In this document: piece after piece, positions 42,350-52,822 of the stretch
Position numbering within the stretch: the first letter of the stretch is position 1
Layout of the letters: every line of letters begins with the position of its first letter
Assembly (NCBI RefSeq): GCF_964355755.1
Contig: NC_092670.1
Location: 18,772,795-18,836,794, forward strand
Length of the DNA: 64,000 nt
Source of the DNA: Antedon mediterranea
Lineage: Eukaryota; Animalia; Echinodermata
Direction: 5' to 3'
The notes under the pieces: generated by a model
The model's database searches: none
Told to the model about the DNA's origin: nothing
Seen by the model: the letters and a program-made list of their open reading frames with translations, nothing else
Translations under genes and position numbers: made by a program

Positions 42350-42623
42350 ACACACACGCTCTAAAGTCTAAAATCAAAAAAAATCTTTAATTAGAATTAG
42401 AATAATAACAATAAAACATAAACTTAAAATAGAAAAATTGAAAACTGTAATTTTAAATACAATATAGAAATAAACACTGTATGGTAAAGGCTAGTAGGTC
42501 TAGCTAGGCCCTACATACAATAACCACCCGTCCGGTTTAATGAACCGTATCCCACTCACCTTGCACTCGCTCCCCTGAATAACCCTCCGATGTTCGACCA
42601 CCAAATACTGACCGAAAATTCAT
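7478..42623 (-). CDS. SGSM3: Small G protein signaling modulator 3 (TBC/RabGAP, SH3 and RUN domains), multi-exon
   Basis: Exons in transcription order: 42560-42623 or 39867-39951; 37100-37254; 36843-36909; 36595-36725; 35774-35911; 35192-35248; 34043-34177; 33379-33495; 32470-32548; 31932-32077; 30697-30792; 28303-28434; 28145-28199; 27760-27890; 26994-27149; 26352-26406; 26152-26260; 25503-25596 or 24343-24436; 22325-22395; 21545-21679; 18044-18227; 14076-14147 or 7478-7549. Phases are consistent throughout. Motifs [87 protein letters not shown] and RDML.KHHLFSW match remembered human SGSM3. Confidence 0.96.
8140..8595. repeat. About 37-40-bp degenerate minisatellite (gattatgaaaacgatgattatgatgatgtttgataacaat)n
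   Basis: About 12 GAT-rich copies read directly. Confidence 0.9.
8910..9880. repeat. 69-bp minisatellite, about 14 near-identical copies
   Basis: Unit ctacatgttgttttcctccactcgtttagcaatcaacatgtcactattatgttcagtcaacatgtttag. It produces the 23-aa-periodic ORF 8916-9923. Confidence 0.95.
10343..10700. repeat. About 190-bp tandem duplication that includes the left end of a MITE-A copy
   Basis: gactacggtatg...aaaacaga...ctacactatcaaactttatgtga occurs at 10343-10531 and again from 10531. Confidence 0.85.
10678..10810. mobile_element. MITE family A copy
   Basis: ctacactatcaaactttatgtg ... tttgataatgtagacagagct. Confidence 0.85.
10996..11228. mobile_element. Tc1/mariner-type MITE remnant (tacagt...actgta ends, cctctattaaggggacac subrepeats)
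   Basis: Related remnants occur at about 18280-18656, 28553-28743, 31728-31890, 33535-33580 and 56370-56480. Confidence 0.5.
12129..12592. repeat. 21-bp minisatellite (agtatgtggttaagaataaata)n, about 22 copies
   Basis: Nearly perfect tandem array read directly. Confidence 0.95.
13684..13781 (-). mobile_element. Probable LINE 3' terminal fragment with (TAAA)n tail
   Basis: Minus strand reads acaggaccacaatgcaaaacaagttt...cttgattgtgtattatcctgtataaat...aaataaataaat. A self-complementary segment followed by a short-repeat tail is typical of CR1/L2-group 3' ends. Confidence 0.4.
14076..14147 (-). CDS. SGSM3: SGSM3 proximal alternative terminal exon ([23 protein letters not shown])
   Basis: Acceptor catcttttaatag|, phase 0, 72 nt to TGA. 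Confidence 0.88.
   Translation of the reverse strand, partial: GGIPLKDSVRDMLIKHHLFSWDL
14660..14816. mobile_element. MITE family A copy
   Basis: tta|agctgtctacactatcaaact ... agtttgatagtgtagacagagtt|tta. Confidence 0.9.
15132..15252 (+). mobile_element. Helentron-associated (HINE-like) short element inserted into a Penelope-derived repeat copy
   Basis: Begins aacaag, has a (gacc/gaca)-rich tract and ends in the hairpin agtcgtgt..tacgcgact followed by an A-run. It interrupts aatccaaaggca|aattactga, which is contiguous in the 41663 copy. Confidence 0.45.
18359..18494. mobile_element. MITE family A copy nested in an older mariner-type MITE
   Basis: cgctgtctacactgtcaaact ... tttgatagtgtagatagagct. 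Confidence 0.85.
19795..20240. repeat. 16-17-bp degenerate tandem repeat (atttaattggagggg(t))n
   Basis: About 25 copies read directly. Confidence 0.85.
21179..21223 (-). ncRNA. Type I hammerhead ribozyme motif (Penelope/retrozyme-type), intronic and sense to SGSM3
   Basis: Minus strand CTGCA-CTGACGA-GATCT-AATA-AGATC-GAAA-CAGTACTG-TC-TGCAG: 5-bp stem I, CUGANGA core, 5-bp stem II, GAAA, palindromic stem III and GUC cleavage triplet. Confidence 0.85.
21921..22104. mobile_element. MITE family A copy with expanded internal 20-bp subrepeats
   Basis: taa|aactctgtctaca ... gtgtagacagagct|taa. Confidence 0.9.
24343..24436 (-). CDS. SGSM3: SGSM3 mutually exclusive exon B ([31 protein letters not shown])
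   Basis: Acceptor tttttaatcag|, donor |gtatgt, 94 nt, phase 2 to 0. Confidence 0.92.
24592..24765. mobile_element. 174-bp Harbinger-type MITE (family B)
   Basis: TIR agcttggttcccactag / ctagtgggaaccacgct with TTA on both flanks and a largely palindromic interior. Confidence 0.85.
25503..25596 (-). CDS. SGSM3: SGSM3 mutually exclusive exon A ([31 protein letters not shown])
   Basis: Acceptor atacaaacag|, donor |gtaaat, 94 nt, phase 2 to 0, paralogous to exon B. Confidence 0.85.
25952..26097. mobile_element. MITE family A copy
   Basis: agctctgtctacactatcaa ... ttgatagtgtagacagagct. Confidence 0.92.
26611..26751 (+). mobile_element. 5'-truncated copy of the Penelope-derived repeat (hammerhead CTGATGA core missing)
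   Basis: tagtgttgcccgaaagctctgc...gagatccagccactgata...cagtaatttgcctttggatt is the reverse complement of 41663-41810. Confidence 0.7.
27248..27631. mobile_element. Two MITE family A copies (about 27248-27356 and 27494-27631)
   Basis: agctctgtctacactatcaaact left ends, each with internal deletions. Confidence 0.85.
29074..29230. mobile_element. MITE family A copy
   Basis: ggctgtgcctacactatcaaact ... ttgatagtgtagactgagct. Confidence 0.88.
29405..30228. repeat. 21-bp minisatellite (ggcactaggtcaggattgaaccgt-type), about 38 copies
   Basis: Tandem array in an SGSM3 intron; it produces 7-aa-periodic ORFs on both strands. Confidence 0.95.
32569..35177. mobile_element. Four MITE family A copies (about 32569-32741, 33104-33263, 34325-34446, 35018-35177) in successive SGSM3 introns
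   Basis: Each has ctacac...gtgtagacag ends and the atatggtagtgatatg core. The span given covers all four copies; they are not contiguous. Confidence 0.85.
33590..33772 (-). mobile_element. SINE/L2-type 3' tail fragment
   Basis: Minus strand ends gagagcttgcctatatgcgctatataagaatgaactattattattatta, an L2-like tail with (TTA)n. A similar tail lies at about 23895-23960 on the plus strand. Confidence 0.5.
37338..37888. mobile_element. About 550-bp Harbinger-type MITE
   Basis: Imperfect TIRs aacctatttcccactagacaaattttatttg / caaattaattcgcctagtggaaaacaggct. Confidence 0.6.
39867..39951 (-). CDS. SGSM3: SGSM3 alternative first coding exon 1b ([28 protein letters not shown])
   Basis: ATG-initiated 85-nt open frame ending cagg|gtaaga in phase 1, which matches the phase-1 acceptor at 37254. 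Confidence 0.6.
41663..41826 (-). mobile_element. Penelope-like pLTR remnant carrying a minimal hammerhead motif (41788-41824)
   Basis: Minus strand GCA-CTGATGA-A-GGGC-TAGTGCT-GCCC-GAAA-GC-TC-TGC. The downstream body is shared with copies at 26611 and about 15120-15310. Confidence 0.65.
42318..42357. repeat. Poly-C run followed by (CA)n microsatellite
   Basis: Read directly; another poly-C run lies at about 31806-31820. Confidence 0.9.
42560..42623 (-). CDS. SGSM3: SGSM3 first coding exon 1a ([21 protein letters not shown])
   Basis: ATG-initiated 64-nt frame ending caag|gtgagt in phase 1, joining [17 protein letters not shown]... Confidence 0.75.
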
Positions 42624-45490
42624 TATTACTGCCTTCTATTAGTACGTAAAACTTAATTTCCGATGTTAATATATACAAATAGTCAAAATGTTTGTGGTTA
42701 CATCACTCTAAATATCCACGGATGATCATTATTTTCAGAAATAAAGAGATAATTTACGCTACTACAGGAGCAGACAACACTGGATTTTTCAATTATCTTT
42801 TTCATAACAATATGATAGAGGGCGCTATATATAAAAACTGTCTTCCTTTAATTTTGTGTGTGACGTGTGTCTAAAAAATTGACATACTCAATGAAACTAT
42901 TATTAAGGAAATATGTTCAATCAGAAAATTTTTAATTTTATTGAAGGAAGAACACATTGATATCATCTGATCGCACATGCATATGAGCAAGAATTCCTAC
43001 GTAAAATCTCAATTTAAGAACAAATGGAATGGTAGACCTTCTGCTGCAGTACATCGCATAGGTATCACCATTTTCTATCATTGACAAATAATTTCTTTCG
43101 TAAAGTAGTACTTATTCTCGATCCATTGTTTTACTTATTTACTTTTCTTCTTGAAATCGTCTATTATTTTCTGAAAAAGTATCTATATAAAACATTAACC
43201 ACCTGGCGGATATCCAGTGTTCAAAATTTAACTTTCTTCTCAAATCCGCTTTATTTTTGTTGGGAGTGGTGTCTGAAGTAGCTGCACCCAACTTCCTCTT
43301 ATTATGTGACTGTTTAGCCTCCTCTTATTAATAAGTGGCACTCTAAATGTGTGTGACCTTATTGAAACAGCGACAACGTCTTTTCTCCTCTTAATCATAT
43401 ATGACGGCTTTGATTAATTCATGGAATACATCATGATCATTGGTCGATTTTTTAAATAATACCGCAAAATTATACTAAATATTATAATTGATAATGGGGT
43501 TACACATATATTCTTGTTACTCAGCTTGAAAAATATGTTCGAGAGCATCCTATATAGGCCCTGTAGTGATTTGATATATATCAGACAGTATTACTACAAT
43601 ATAGTAAATCAGGTAAATACTTTATAATTTCGGATATTGAAATCTTAACAAATATCTTATTTAAAGTAAAATACACCATTCAATGGTGTTTGTAATTTAC
43701 GTGCCTATATTTATTTAGTGACATTTACATCGCGTCAAACTACAACTTTACGTAACGTTAAACGTTAACAAAATGAGTAAGTTCCACTCGAAAAAAACCT
43801 TTCTTAAGTAAATAGTGGATAAGAGATTATGACGTATTATACTTACAAACAGTGCAATAATGCTGTACAGACTGGAACATATTATTATCATTGTCCTCAG
43901 ACATTGTTAAGCCCTAGTCTGTTGATTTCACCTAGCCAGCAACAGGTGTTGTAAAACATAGGAGGGCCATCGTTAAGCTTTTGTTATGCAAATTATATCT
44001 GATTTCTTCAAACAATACGTTTTGGTTTTATAACCATATTGTGTGCTTGTGATTTTTCTCGATAATGAGGACTTAATTGTATTATTATTTATAATTAATT
44101 ATTCATATTATTACAATAAACATATACGGGATAGCAATAAATCATTTTTGTTATTATCAAGATCAGCGTGACGTCATACATATTAACGTATACGTAATAT
44201 TTATATATCACCTTAGCTGATCACCATAATTAACCTGAGTTCAGTTATCAATCATCATCAATATCGTCGTGATTTATATCATTAAATTAGATATCGTCAT
44301 CATCATCCTCATCATCATTTACGTCATCTTACTAATTATAACAATACATCATTATCCATCATCTATCATGATCTATTGTTTTCAGCAATATCCATTTGTA
44401 TGGAGTGGAGTATATTTCGGACCCTCGGGAAATTCTCACTATATTTAGTCATCAATTTTAATTGCGAATGTGTAGACTGGTGTTCCACTGATAGTAGGCA
44501 TATTATCTTCTCATCAATTGATAAGTACAATGTATCACACAGCCCATACCATAAAATTAATATTAATATTAATAATGCGGTAATCCTTTAATTTCTTGAC
44601 AACGTGGACTATTCTGATAATACAACCTGTTTGGTAAAATCTATTTATTTATAAGGTAAATAATAATAATTTACGTATAATATAAATTATTCAAATGCTA
44701 ATTTGGTTTAATTAAAGAAAATAGTCATATTAAGTAGGCATAAATGCAATAGTAGTAGTATATTTCGATTATCAAAATTAATTAATAATAAATTTGAAAA
44801 ATTAAAATACGGATAACCTACCTTCAAAATGAATAGATCATTCCTTCATGCTTCGTTACACAATATTATGATAATCCAGATGATGTACACCGGTCGTTGA
44901 GAACAATACATCTGTAATTTTCACCATTGTATACGTTTTACATGGCTTAATAACAAGTTGATGGATTTTACACTAAATTACACATAGTGTGTAGCAAACA
45001 ACTTTCTTTTTTACTGCTAATTCGCGTCAGAGGTAAGGGGAGAAAACTCCCTGTGGGATGGATGAGACTGAATGATGACCGTTAGGCCTACCTGCTGTAG
45101 TTAATAATAATATCATTATCCAACAAAAAAGGTAAGCATTGCAGCGATGATTGCAGGGACTTTCCTTCCTACACACCTGTACCTGATCATTGTATGTAAA
45201 GTGTATACGTTCTGTGTTTTTGTATAAAATTATTTTAATTGCCGAGCAGTATTAATATTATTGCTGTCACGTAGACTTTTGGGTAAGTAGTGCATTTACA
45301 TAAACTGTGATTTGTATACTATTTAAGTAGCAAAAGCAAAATGAAACTTGCATCTCATACAAATTATATACTGTATAGTTTGCATACGTGCATGTTAAAA
45401 ATGTGTTGCATTATAGTTTATAACAATCTTCCTCTGATATTATTTTATGTTTCTTTTTTTTCCAAAGTTAATAAGTCTTAGAAAATCAAA

Positions 45491-47353
45491 ATGGTACGAG
45501 AGCAAGTTAATACGAAGAAGGTGATCCTGTTCACAACTTTTTTCTTCACCGTATTGTACTCTGGAAGAGGGAGCTTGTTACCATTTCTCACACTCTACTT
45601 CCGGCAGTTAGGACTCTCTGCTACGCAAACTGGAATCCTCTTTGGTGGAAAATCTCTGGTGGCATTCTGGACGGGACCAGCATGGACACGATGTGCTGGC
45701 CGTTACAAGAAAAAGCGTATTATTCTTATGATGGCACTGTTTATGGCGATCGCTGGGAACCTTGGTTTGACGCTAATACCACCTGTGGATAAATCTCTTT
45801 CATTGATCTATTGCCCAAAAACGGGTAATAACCATACTGGTGGGGCAAGTGCTGGTGGAAATGGCCGTATTAACACCACAGAAGTGCCAAATACTGTATT
45901 GATGACGCCAAATGTGCCCACTCAATCAACTGTTGAGATAACCTCAAGCACTGTAGGAAATTTAAACGAGGCTAGTTTGGTAGCAACCCTAACAACCCAT
46001 GAAACCAGTGCCAATTACAATTTTGTTAACAGTTTAGACAATGCTTATGATCAATATAAAACTAAACAACTTAAGAAAGGAAAAAAAATAAGCATGGACC
46101 GCTTTCTCAACTGGCTGGAGTCACATGACCCTAATCTTTACAATGCAGTTTTGACAAATACTTTACCGCCAGATTTTGGTGAGCGACAAAAAAGAGAGCT
46201 AAATGATGGTTATGAAAAAACTTACTCCGCAAACTTCTCTGGTACCACAAGATGGTCTTTGCGAGGTATTCAAGATCAAATGTTCACATTAAAAGATCAA
46301 TTTATGGACTTGGAGTATCGCACATTTATATTTGCACTCATTGTCATCCTTATCAGTGAAATATTCGCATCACCCGGGCAAGAAATATGTGAGGATTCAC
46401 TCTATGAAACATTAGACTCTGTTGATGAAACCGAAAAGTATGGTTCACATCAAACCTATTGCATTTTCAGTTACGGGCTTTTCGCATTTATTACTTCATT
46501 AATAGTAGAAAATGCTAGTTGTATTATATTCCCGGAGACGAGTCGTCTCATGATTCATTTTTATTCATTTGCCATTTTTTTTGGATCTGCATTTTTGTTA
46601 GCATTTTGTTATCCATTTCATACAGACACAAAAATTAGACACCGTAGTAAATATGTGATAGGATTGAAATCAATTTTGTCAAGTCGTTCGAACGCGATAT
46701 TCGTTTTGACGATGATTATTGCCGGTGGTTTCCAAGCGAATGTTAGTAATTTTTTGTTTTGGTTGCTACAAGATTTAGGTGGCTCGGAGATTCTCTTTGG
46801 TTCAGTTGTGTTTCTGGGTGCAATGTGTGAAATCCCAATGCTCTATCTTGGAGTATTTCTAGCGAAAAAAATCACAAATATTGGAACTCTAGCGTTAGCC
46901 ATGTTTTTCTTATGCGTGCGTTGTTTATTGTACTCGTTTATGCAACATCCTTGGGCGGTTCTGCCTATTGAGTTGTCGCACGCTTTTAGCTATGGAGCAT
47001 TAATGGGTGCAGTGTCGTCATTAGCAGAGAATATAGCGCCACCTGGAGAGGAACGCACTGTAGAATATATCTTGCTATCATTATATTGGGGCTTAGGATA
47101 CGGCGCCGGTTGTATGATTGGTGGGTATCTATATGATAAAGTAGGCCTTGTTATCCTGTTCCAGGGGTCGGCTGTTTTAGCATTCATCTGGGGAACTATT
47201 GTAATAGCAACTGCGAAGTTAGCCCCACAAAAAAAGAAGACTTTACACTATGCTAGCTTGTTGCATGGGGGAGATGATGACGAGGACATTAGTGATGATT
47301 CAGACGAAATGTTTAGTGATGATTGGTTAGTCAATGCTTTAAACGAGAAATAA
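45491..47353 (+). CDS. MFSD6L: Major facilitator superfamily domain-containing protein 6-like, intronless CDS, 620 aa
   Basis: Multi-TM MFS pattern. PFLTLYFRQLGL, IPPVDK...C, the long luminal loop and the C-terminal acidic tract ending DWLVNAL match remembered vertebrate MFSD6L. An acceptor tttttttccaaag at about 45467 implies upstream UTR exon(s). Confidence 0.88.
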   Translation: MVREQVNTKKVILFTTFFFTVLYSGRGSLLPFLTLYFRQLGLSATQTGILFGGKSLVAFWTGPAWTRCAGRYKKKRIILMMALFMAIAGNLGLTLIPPVDKSLSLIYCPKTGNNHTGGASAGGNGRINTTEVPNTVLMTPNVPTQSTVEITSSTVGNLNEASLVATLTTHETSANYNFVNSLDNAYDQYKTKQLKKGKKISMDRFLNWLESHDPNLYNAVLTNTLPPDFGERQKRELNDGYEKTYSANFSGTTRWSLRGIQDQMFTLKDQFMDLEYRTFIFALIVILISEIFASPGQEICEDSLYETLDSVDETEKYGSHQTYCIFSYGLFAFITSLIVENASCIIFPETSRLMIHFYSFAIFFGSAFLLAFCYPFHTDTKIRHRSKYVIGLKSILSSRSNAIFVLTMIIAGGFQANVSNFLFWLLQDLGGSEILFGSVVFLGAMCEIPMLYLGVFLAKKITNIGTLALAMFFLCVRCLLYSFMQHPWAVLPIELSHAFSYGALMGAVSSLAENIAPPGEERTVEYILLSLYWGLGYGAGCMIGGYLYDKVGLVILFQGSAVLAFIWGTIVIATAKLAPQKKKTLHYASLLHGGDDDEDISDDSDEMFSDDWLVNALNEK

Positions 47354-47377
47354 CGTTATTAAATAACGACGTTATTG

Positions 47378-47820
47378 TGCGTTTATTCTTATTGTGTGTA
47401 AATATAAAGGGAAAAATCTGGTAAAATCAGAGTATCATCAGCTGTATTAAAAAATATCGTTGAAGATAAAGATACTGTATTATAATTTATAACAATAATC
47501 TGATTAATAATAGTAATGAATAATTTATGTTAATTTATAAACAAAGCGTTTATTATTTATTCAAATAATAGAAAAGCATTTTTTTATACACAATGTTGTA
47601 CAAAAAATGTTGCATTTATTATGTATGTAAATAAATGGAAAAAATCTAGTAAAATCAGAGTATCATCAGCTGTATTAAAAAATATCGTTGAAGATAAAGA
47701 TACTGTATTATTATAATCTATAACAATAATCTGATTAATAATGGTAATGAATAATTGATGTTAATTTATAAACAAAGAGTTTATTATAGATAATTTTTTT
47801 TATACACAATGTTTTACAAT
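47378..47820. repeat. About 230-bp tandem duplication in the MFSD6L 3' UTR region
   Basis: gtaaaatcagagtatcatcagctgtattaaaaaatatcgttgaagataaagatactgtatta occurs at about 47420 and about 47648. Confidence 0.9.
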
Positions 47821-50648
47821 TTTCTATTCCAAAGGTAAATAATGATTTAATATAGCATTTCTATTTAATGTCCATTCATTTTAATAAATATTAAAAGTTT
47901 ATTTGCTTATGTGTATACAGAAAAGGTTTTAAATAGCTGACTGCCATTGTGCTATAGTAGTATAAGTACAGTAATTAGAGCAACTGCAGTATTTTGTAAA
48001 GATTTTTAGCTTGGTGTGCTTTTAAGGTTACAATCATAAGTAGGCCTATCTTCTTCTATTCTACTTAAATTAAAATAATTCTTTATAATTATTGTTAGTA
48101 CATTTATGTGGACAAAATATTAATTCTTAATGCGGGTATTAGCCCACCCCCGACATGGAGTAATTTCCATGAACAAAATATGTAAATTGATTCTTATCGT
48201 TTTCTTATTATTTTATACATTCTTGCAAAATGTTGGTATCATTTTAAGAATTTATTAAAACTTTTATGAATATGTTGTTTGTTGAATATCATTATTGGTT
48301 GTCTTAATGCTTTATGACGATTTGACAGAAGTCATATTCTTTAAAAATGGAAAAATGTTCACTTGTACTAGCAGATGGATGGATGTACCACTGAAATCAA
48401 GTTGGACACACTAATAATGCAGCAAACATACAGTTTAAATAATTGTGGTATTCATTTATTTGTTCTTCTTTAATAAAAGTATTTGCATTAAAAAATATAA
48501 CCAATATGTAGCAGATCTAATATTAATTGAAAATAGTTGTACTGCCCTCTAGAGTCAAAGGTGACAAAATATTATTTTAACATTACAATAACCCTTCACA
48601 ATATACAGTAATAACACTATGGCCCCTAATTCTGTGGATACTTTTGTTGGGTCACAAGTGTACTATACTGTTAAAGATACCTGATTCATATAAATCTCCT
48701 TAAAGATACAAATTTAGAAAGAGAAAACATATTTTAGTTTACAATGAACATACTGTAATTAAAAAAAAAATAAATTTATACCAAAAAACAGGTACAAAGA
48801 CATTTCTTTATTTATATTATTTACATCATATTTGGCAAAATATCCAATAAAGTATCAAGTTACTGTTAAGTTCAAGTATAATTTATACCAAATTAAAATA
48901 TTAGTTAATAATTAAACATGTGTTTATTGGTTTTAATAACCAACATTTCAAATAGCTACTAAAATATAGAAAATTCAATTCAACCTCTTATAGCATATGT
49001 ATTGTCATTGAATAAAAAGTACCTCAGCCACAGACACCACAAGCATTCACATATACAATACCCTCTATAACAAGCCTGTTTCAACATGTGGCCCTGTTTA
49101 ATTAGTGGGCATGTGTTTGTAAGTTTGAAAGTGGACAATCTAAATATTTGGCAATAAATACACTTTTAAAACTACAGTATGTACAGTATTACAAAACACT
49201 CACTTGCATTGTTCTTAAAAGCAGCATTAATATAATATTGCATCAAAATATGCTTTTATGGGAATGAATGTTGAGTGTAGCTTAGCTGGGCTGTGATGAA
49301 AAAATGAAGGGAATGTTGAGAGAGGACAGATTACAGGTAGGATGGAAAAGTGATGAGGTAAATGGTTGTGGGATAAACATCCCATGTAACTTACACAATT
49401 GGTTCCTAAAACATCTACTCAGAACAAATGCAAACAGATGTATCATATTAAAGAATGCACTACTGTATTATACAAAAGGATAACTTTAAAGACACTAAAA
49501 AACATTAAACCGGGTCATTTCTTGTTTTAAATATAAGTTCTATTCTAAGGTTAATTATGATAAAAGAAAAAAAATGCACTACCTTGCAGCTTGCATCGTC
49601 TTGTAAATTAGGTTGAAAAAACAAGCAAGCAATACTGTACAGTACTTGCTTGCCAATAGTTTAAATTTATTAGTACTGTTGTTTTCAAGAGTTTTATTTA
49701 AAGATAAAAAAAGGTGCTAATGATTTGTAAAGTTGTTGGTTCTTATAAGTAGATTATCAAGAAGAAGAACCAGGGAAAAAATGCACAAAAAAAAAAATGA
49801 TTTTTTCATAATGTATCTAGATCAACACTAGTTTCTTTAAGAGCCAATTTGTAATGACCTATGACCTAAACATATTGTGTTGCTGGTCGACATCTTGACC
49901 TAGAATCTGCCAAAACTGTGTCAACGAATCAAGTGAGGCAGCACATCCAACATCATCCATGCATACAGTGAATTAACATGACATAAACTAGGTCTTAAGT
50001 CATTGCAAATTGTAACCTCCCTAAGAAGGCCTGTAAAATTAATAAAATATTAAATAAACATGCACACAGAACAGATTTACTGGACCCATTGATTGTTGCT
50101 CAGTAACGCGACATGGAAAAACTAAGTATTATTATCTAAATTCTATATTTCCTGCACCGCCATGAAAATGCATGGAAAGCTTTGTTAAATTGTAATATTC
50201 TTTTAAAAACCTGCTGACTATGAATACTAACAGTAAGGCACTTTAAAAACAACACTACTTAATGTTAGTATCAAAAAATAATTATATTGTAAAAAATGTA
50301 AAGTACACCCTGGATTATATTATATTTTAAATGCCTTTGATAAAGATTTATTAGCATTTGTCTATTATTCCAATATCATTACAACAATGAATAAATTTAA
50401 ATATTAAATAAAATTTGTTTTTAATCAATTCTACATTGACTATATAGTATATTTAGTAATCATTCAACCAATCATGTGCAGAATTTTTATAATTTTTTTT
50501 TCTGTATACTGCATCATATTGAATGCAATTTACTTCAGTTCAGTAAAATATTTGTTTATGGTCCCTAAATATGGCAGTCTAGTTGATTAAGGATTAATAC
50601 AATCGGTCATCTCCACTCAGCTGCAATAAAATGTCAGACAGTAGTTGG

Positions 50649-52468
50649 CTATCGTTTATTACTCACAAAGGGTTGACCTGATATCTGTCTATCTTTCACA
50701 GGGTTCACTTCAGTAATTCTTGGTTCTGTTGACTATAAAGTAGACAAAACAAACATTATGTTTTATTATTAACTGACTGGAATATATGCTCAAACATCTG
50801 TATAAACATTATGAGGTTTGGTCAAGTTAAGAGCGTGGGCATATAAACCTACATGAGGATTAAAATGTACTAATTGTTCAGGGTAATAATTGAAATACAT
50901 ACTGTAATTTAGAGGTAGCTTTATATGTTTTATACTACATATAAAAACACTGCTGCCAAGGCCTTGTTTTCTTCTGCCAAACACAGATTACACAGATATA
51001 CCATGTCCTTGTTATTCAATGTGCAATAAAATACTGTACTGTATCATGACTTGCACAAATTATATCTTTTTTACACTATCTATTCAAAAGTCTTGGTACG
51101 CTATCTACTCACTCTTTTGTTGATAAAACACAAGACGTTAGCCCACACAAACCCTGCTGAAGCTACGTAAACAATTCGCAAATGGGATGGAATGAAAATA
51201 AAGTTTACAGCCTGTCAAAATAAACAAATAAAAATGATATAATAATTCATTACATTCGCAACAACAAAGAATTATGTTAGATTGAAAAAAAAGTTTTGCA
51301 ATCAATCAGAATTTTAGATTACAATTAACTTATTAAGATTTAGTACTAAGGTAAGTTTTTGTTAAATAAGCTACAGTTCCATTTTTAATCAACAATAGGA
51401 AATGGTAGATCAAAATTGAATATTTTCACTTACTTGAGCTGGTGGCCAAAAAGCAAATCCAACTAGATATGATGGTATAAATTTCTCCTTTAAACTTGCA
51501 TATATATCTTTTTTTCGTTCCAATATACTAATACCTATAAATCAAGACAAATCAAAATTTAGATTATATTAGTATTTTAGGTATGGTTTAAGTTTAACCC
51601 TTAATTTTATATCATAAATTATTTTATACCTAGGCCTAGTTTATGGAAAAATAAATGCTATTTATTTAATTATCTCACTATAGTTGAAAAGTTAGGGAAA
51701 AATAAAATGGTATTTATAGTTATCTCATTAGTAGAAAAGAAACATTTTTTTGAAAATAAAAGTTTATTTCATATAAAATAACCATAGGAACAGAACATGC
51801 ATATTATCACGATACAACTTACAAGTGAACCATGTAATTTTTTTTGTTTGGCCATTGTAAAATATTCTTTTAATTAAAAGTTCTGAATCGTCACACACAT
51901 TGTTCAATTTTCAAGGGTACGGCTTACAGATACAATTGGATTTGTGAATTGGTTTTTAAAAGTATAGTGTATGGCTTTGGTTATTATGAAATAGAAATTT
52001 CCACCCTCTTCAACTGAGGTATTGCACTGATGACAGTAGCAATCAATTAAAAAAAAAGTATTTTCTCCCAGATTAATTAATATAAATTTAAAACACTTTC
52101 TTACCAACGTAAAATGCACAAATAAAAGGTGGACAGGCACATAATTGATCAATGATCATTTTCTTAATTATAGTCCTCCTCGCAGTTCCTGGTAACCATT
52201 TATCTAATAATCTATACCACGTATAACCGACTGGTCCATTGAAAACTAAACCAATTAATGCTACATGCCCAACTTTCCTCCAATCTATGCGGCCTTCCAT
52301 CATCGAGGTACTGTTCTTCGTGTGTGGTGGTTGTTCCTTCAAAATTAACTGTTGAGTAACTTCTGCCGCAGCATATAAACCACAGTATGTAAGGCTATTT
52401 GATAACATTGGATACTTAGCAAATGCTTTTTTCGTCCCTGATGTGAAAAAACGTAGCATTGTAGCCAT
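50649..52468 (-). CDS. Mpv17/PMP22 family membrane protein (Mpv17-like)
   Basis: Exons 52105-52468, 51434-51534, 51113-51211 and 50649-50732 are phase-consistent. Motifs AEVTQQ, IDWRK, GPVGYTWYRLLDKWLPG, KKMIIDQ and FWPPAQAVNFIFIP.HLRIVYV. The last exon is less certain. Confidence 0.9.
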
Positions 52469-52804
52469 TTTATTGGAATTAAATTGTTAGTCCTGGCGGT
52501 ATACCGTGCAATGTTTATCTCTCTCTTCATAATCTGTGCGCGTAATTCGAGACGGAAACAAATTAGATCACTCGATTTATTGTTAGGGAAATTGATACAC
52601 AACCTACTGTATTTTCTTAGGGAAGAAAAATTGTACTCAGAATAAATATGATTTATTAGAATTGCATGAATAACAATGCTATTTTTTAAATTTTAATCTC
52701 GATAATAATCAAATATAGTTAAATAACTTACAACACTTTAACACATCATTTCCCGATACATCATAAGTGGTAGAGGCGAAACCGGCGGTAACACAGGTCA
52801 CGGC

Positions 52805-52822
52805 TTACATTCCGGAAGTACA
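52805..52822. promoter_or_regulatory. Candidate promoter element (ETS-type ccggaagt) upstream of the Mpv17-like gene
   Basis: acattccggaagt in a short CpG-containing patch, just upstream of a minus-strand donor gtaagt at about 52730 (putative 5' UTR exon). Confidence 0.35.
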
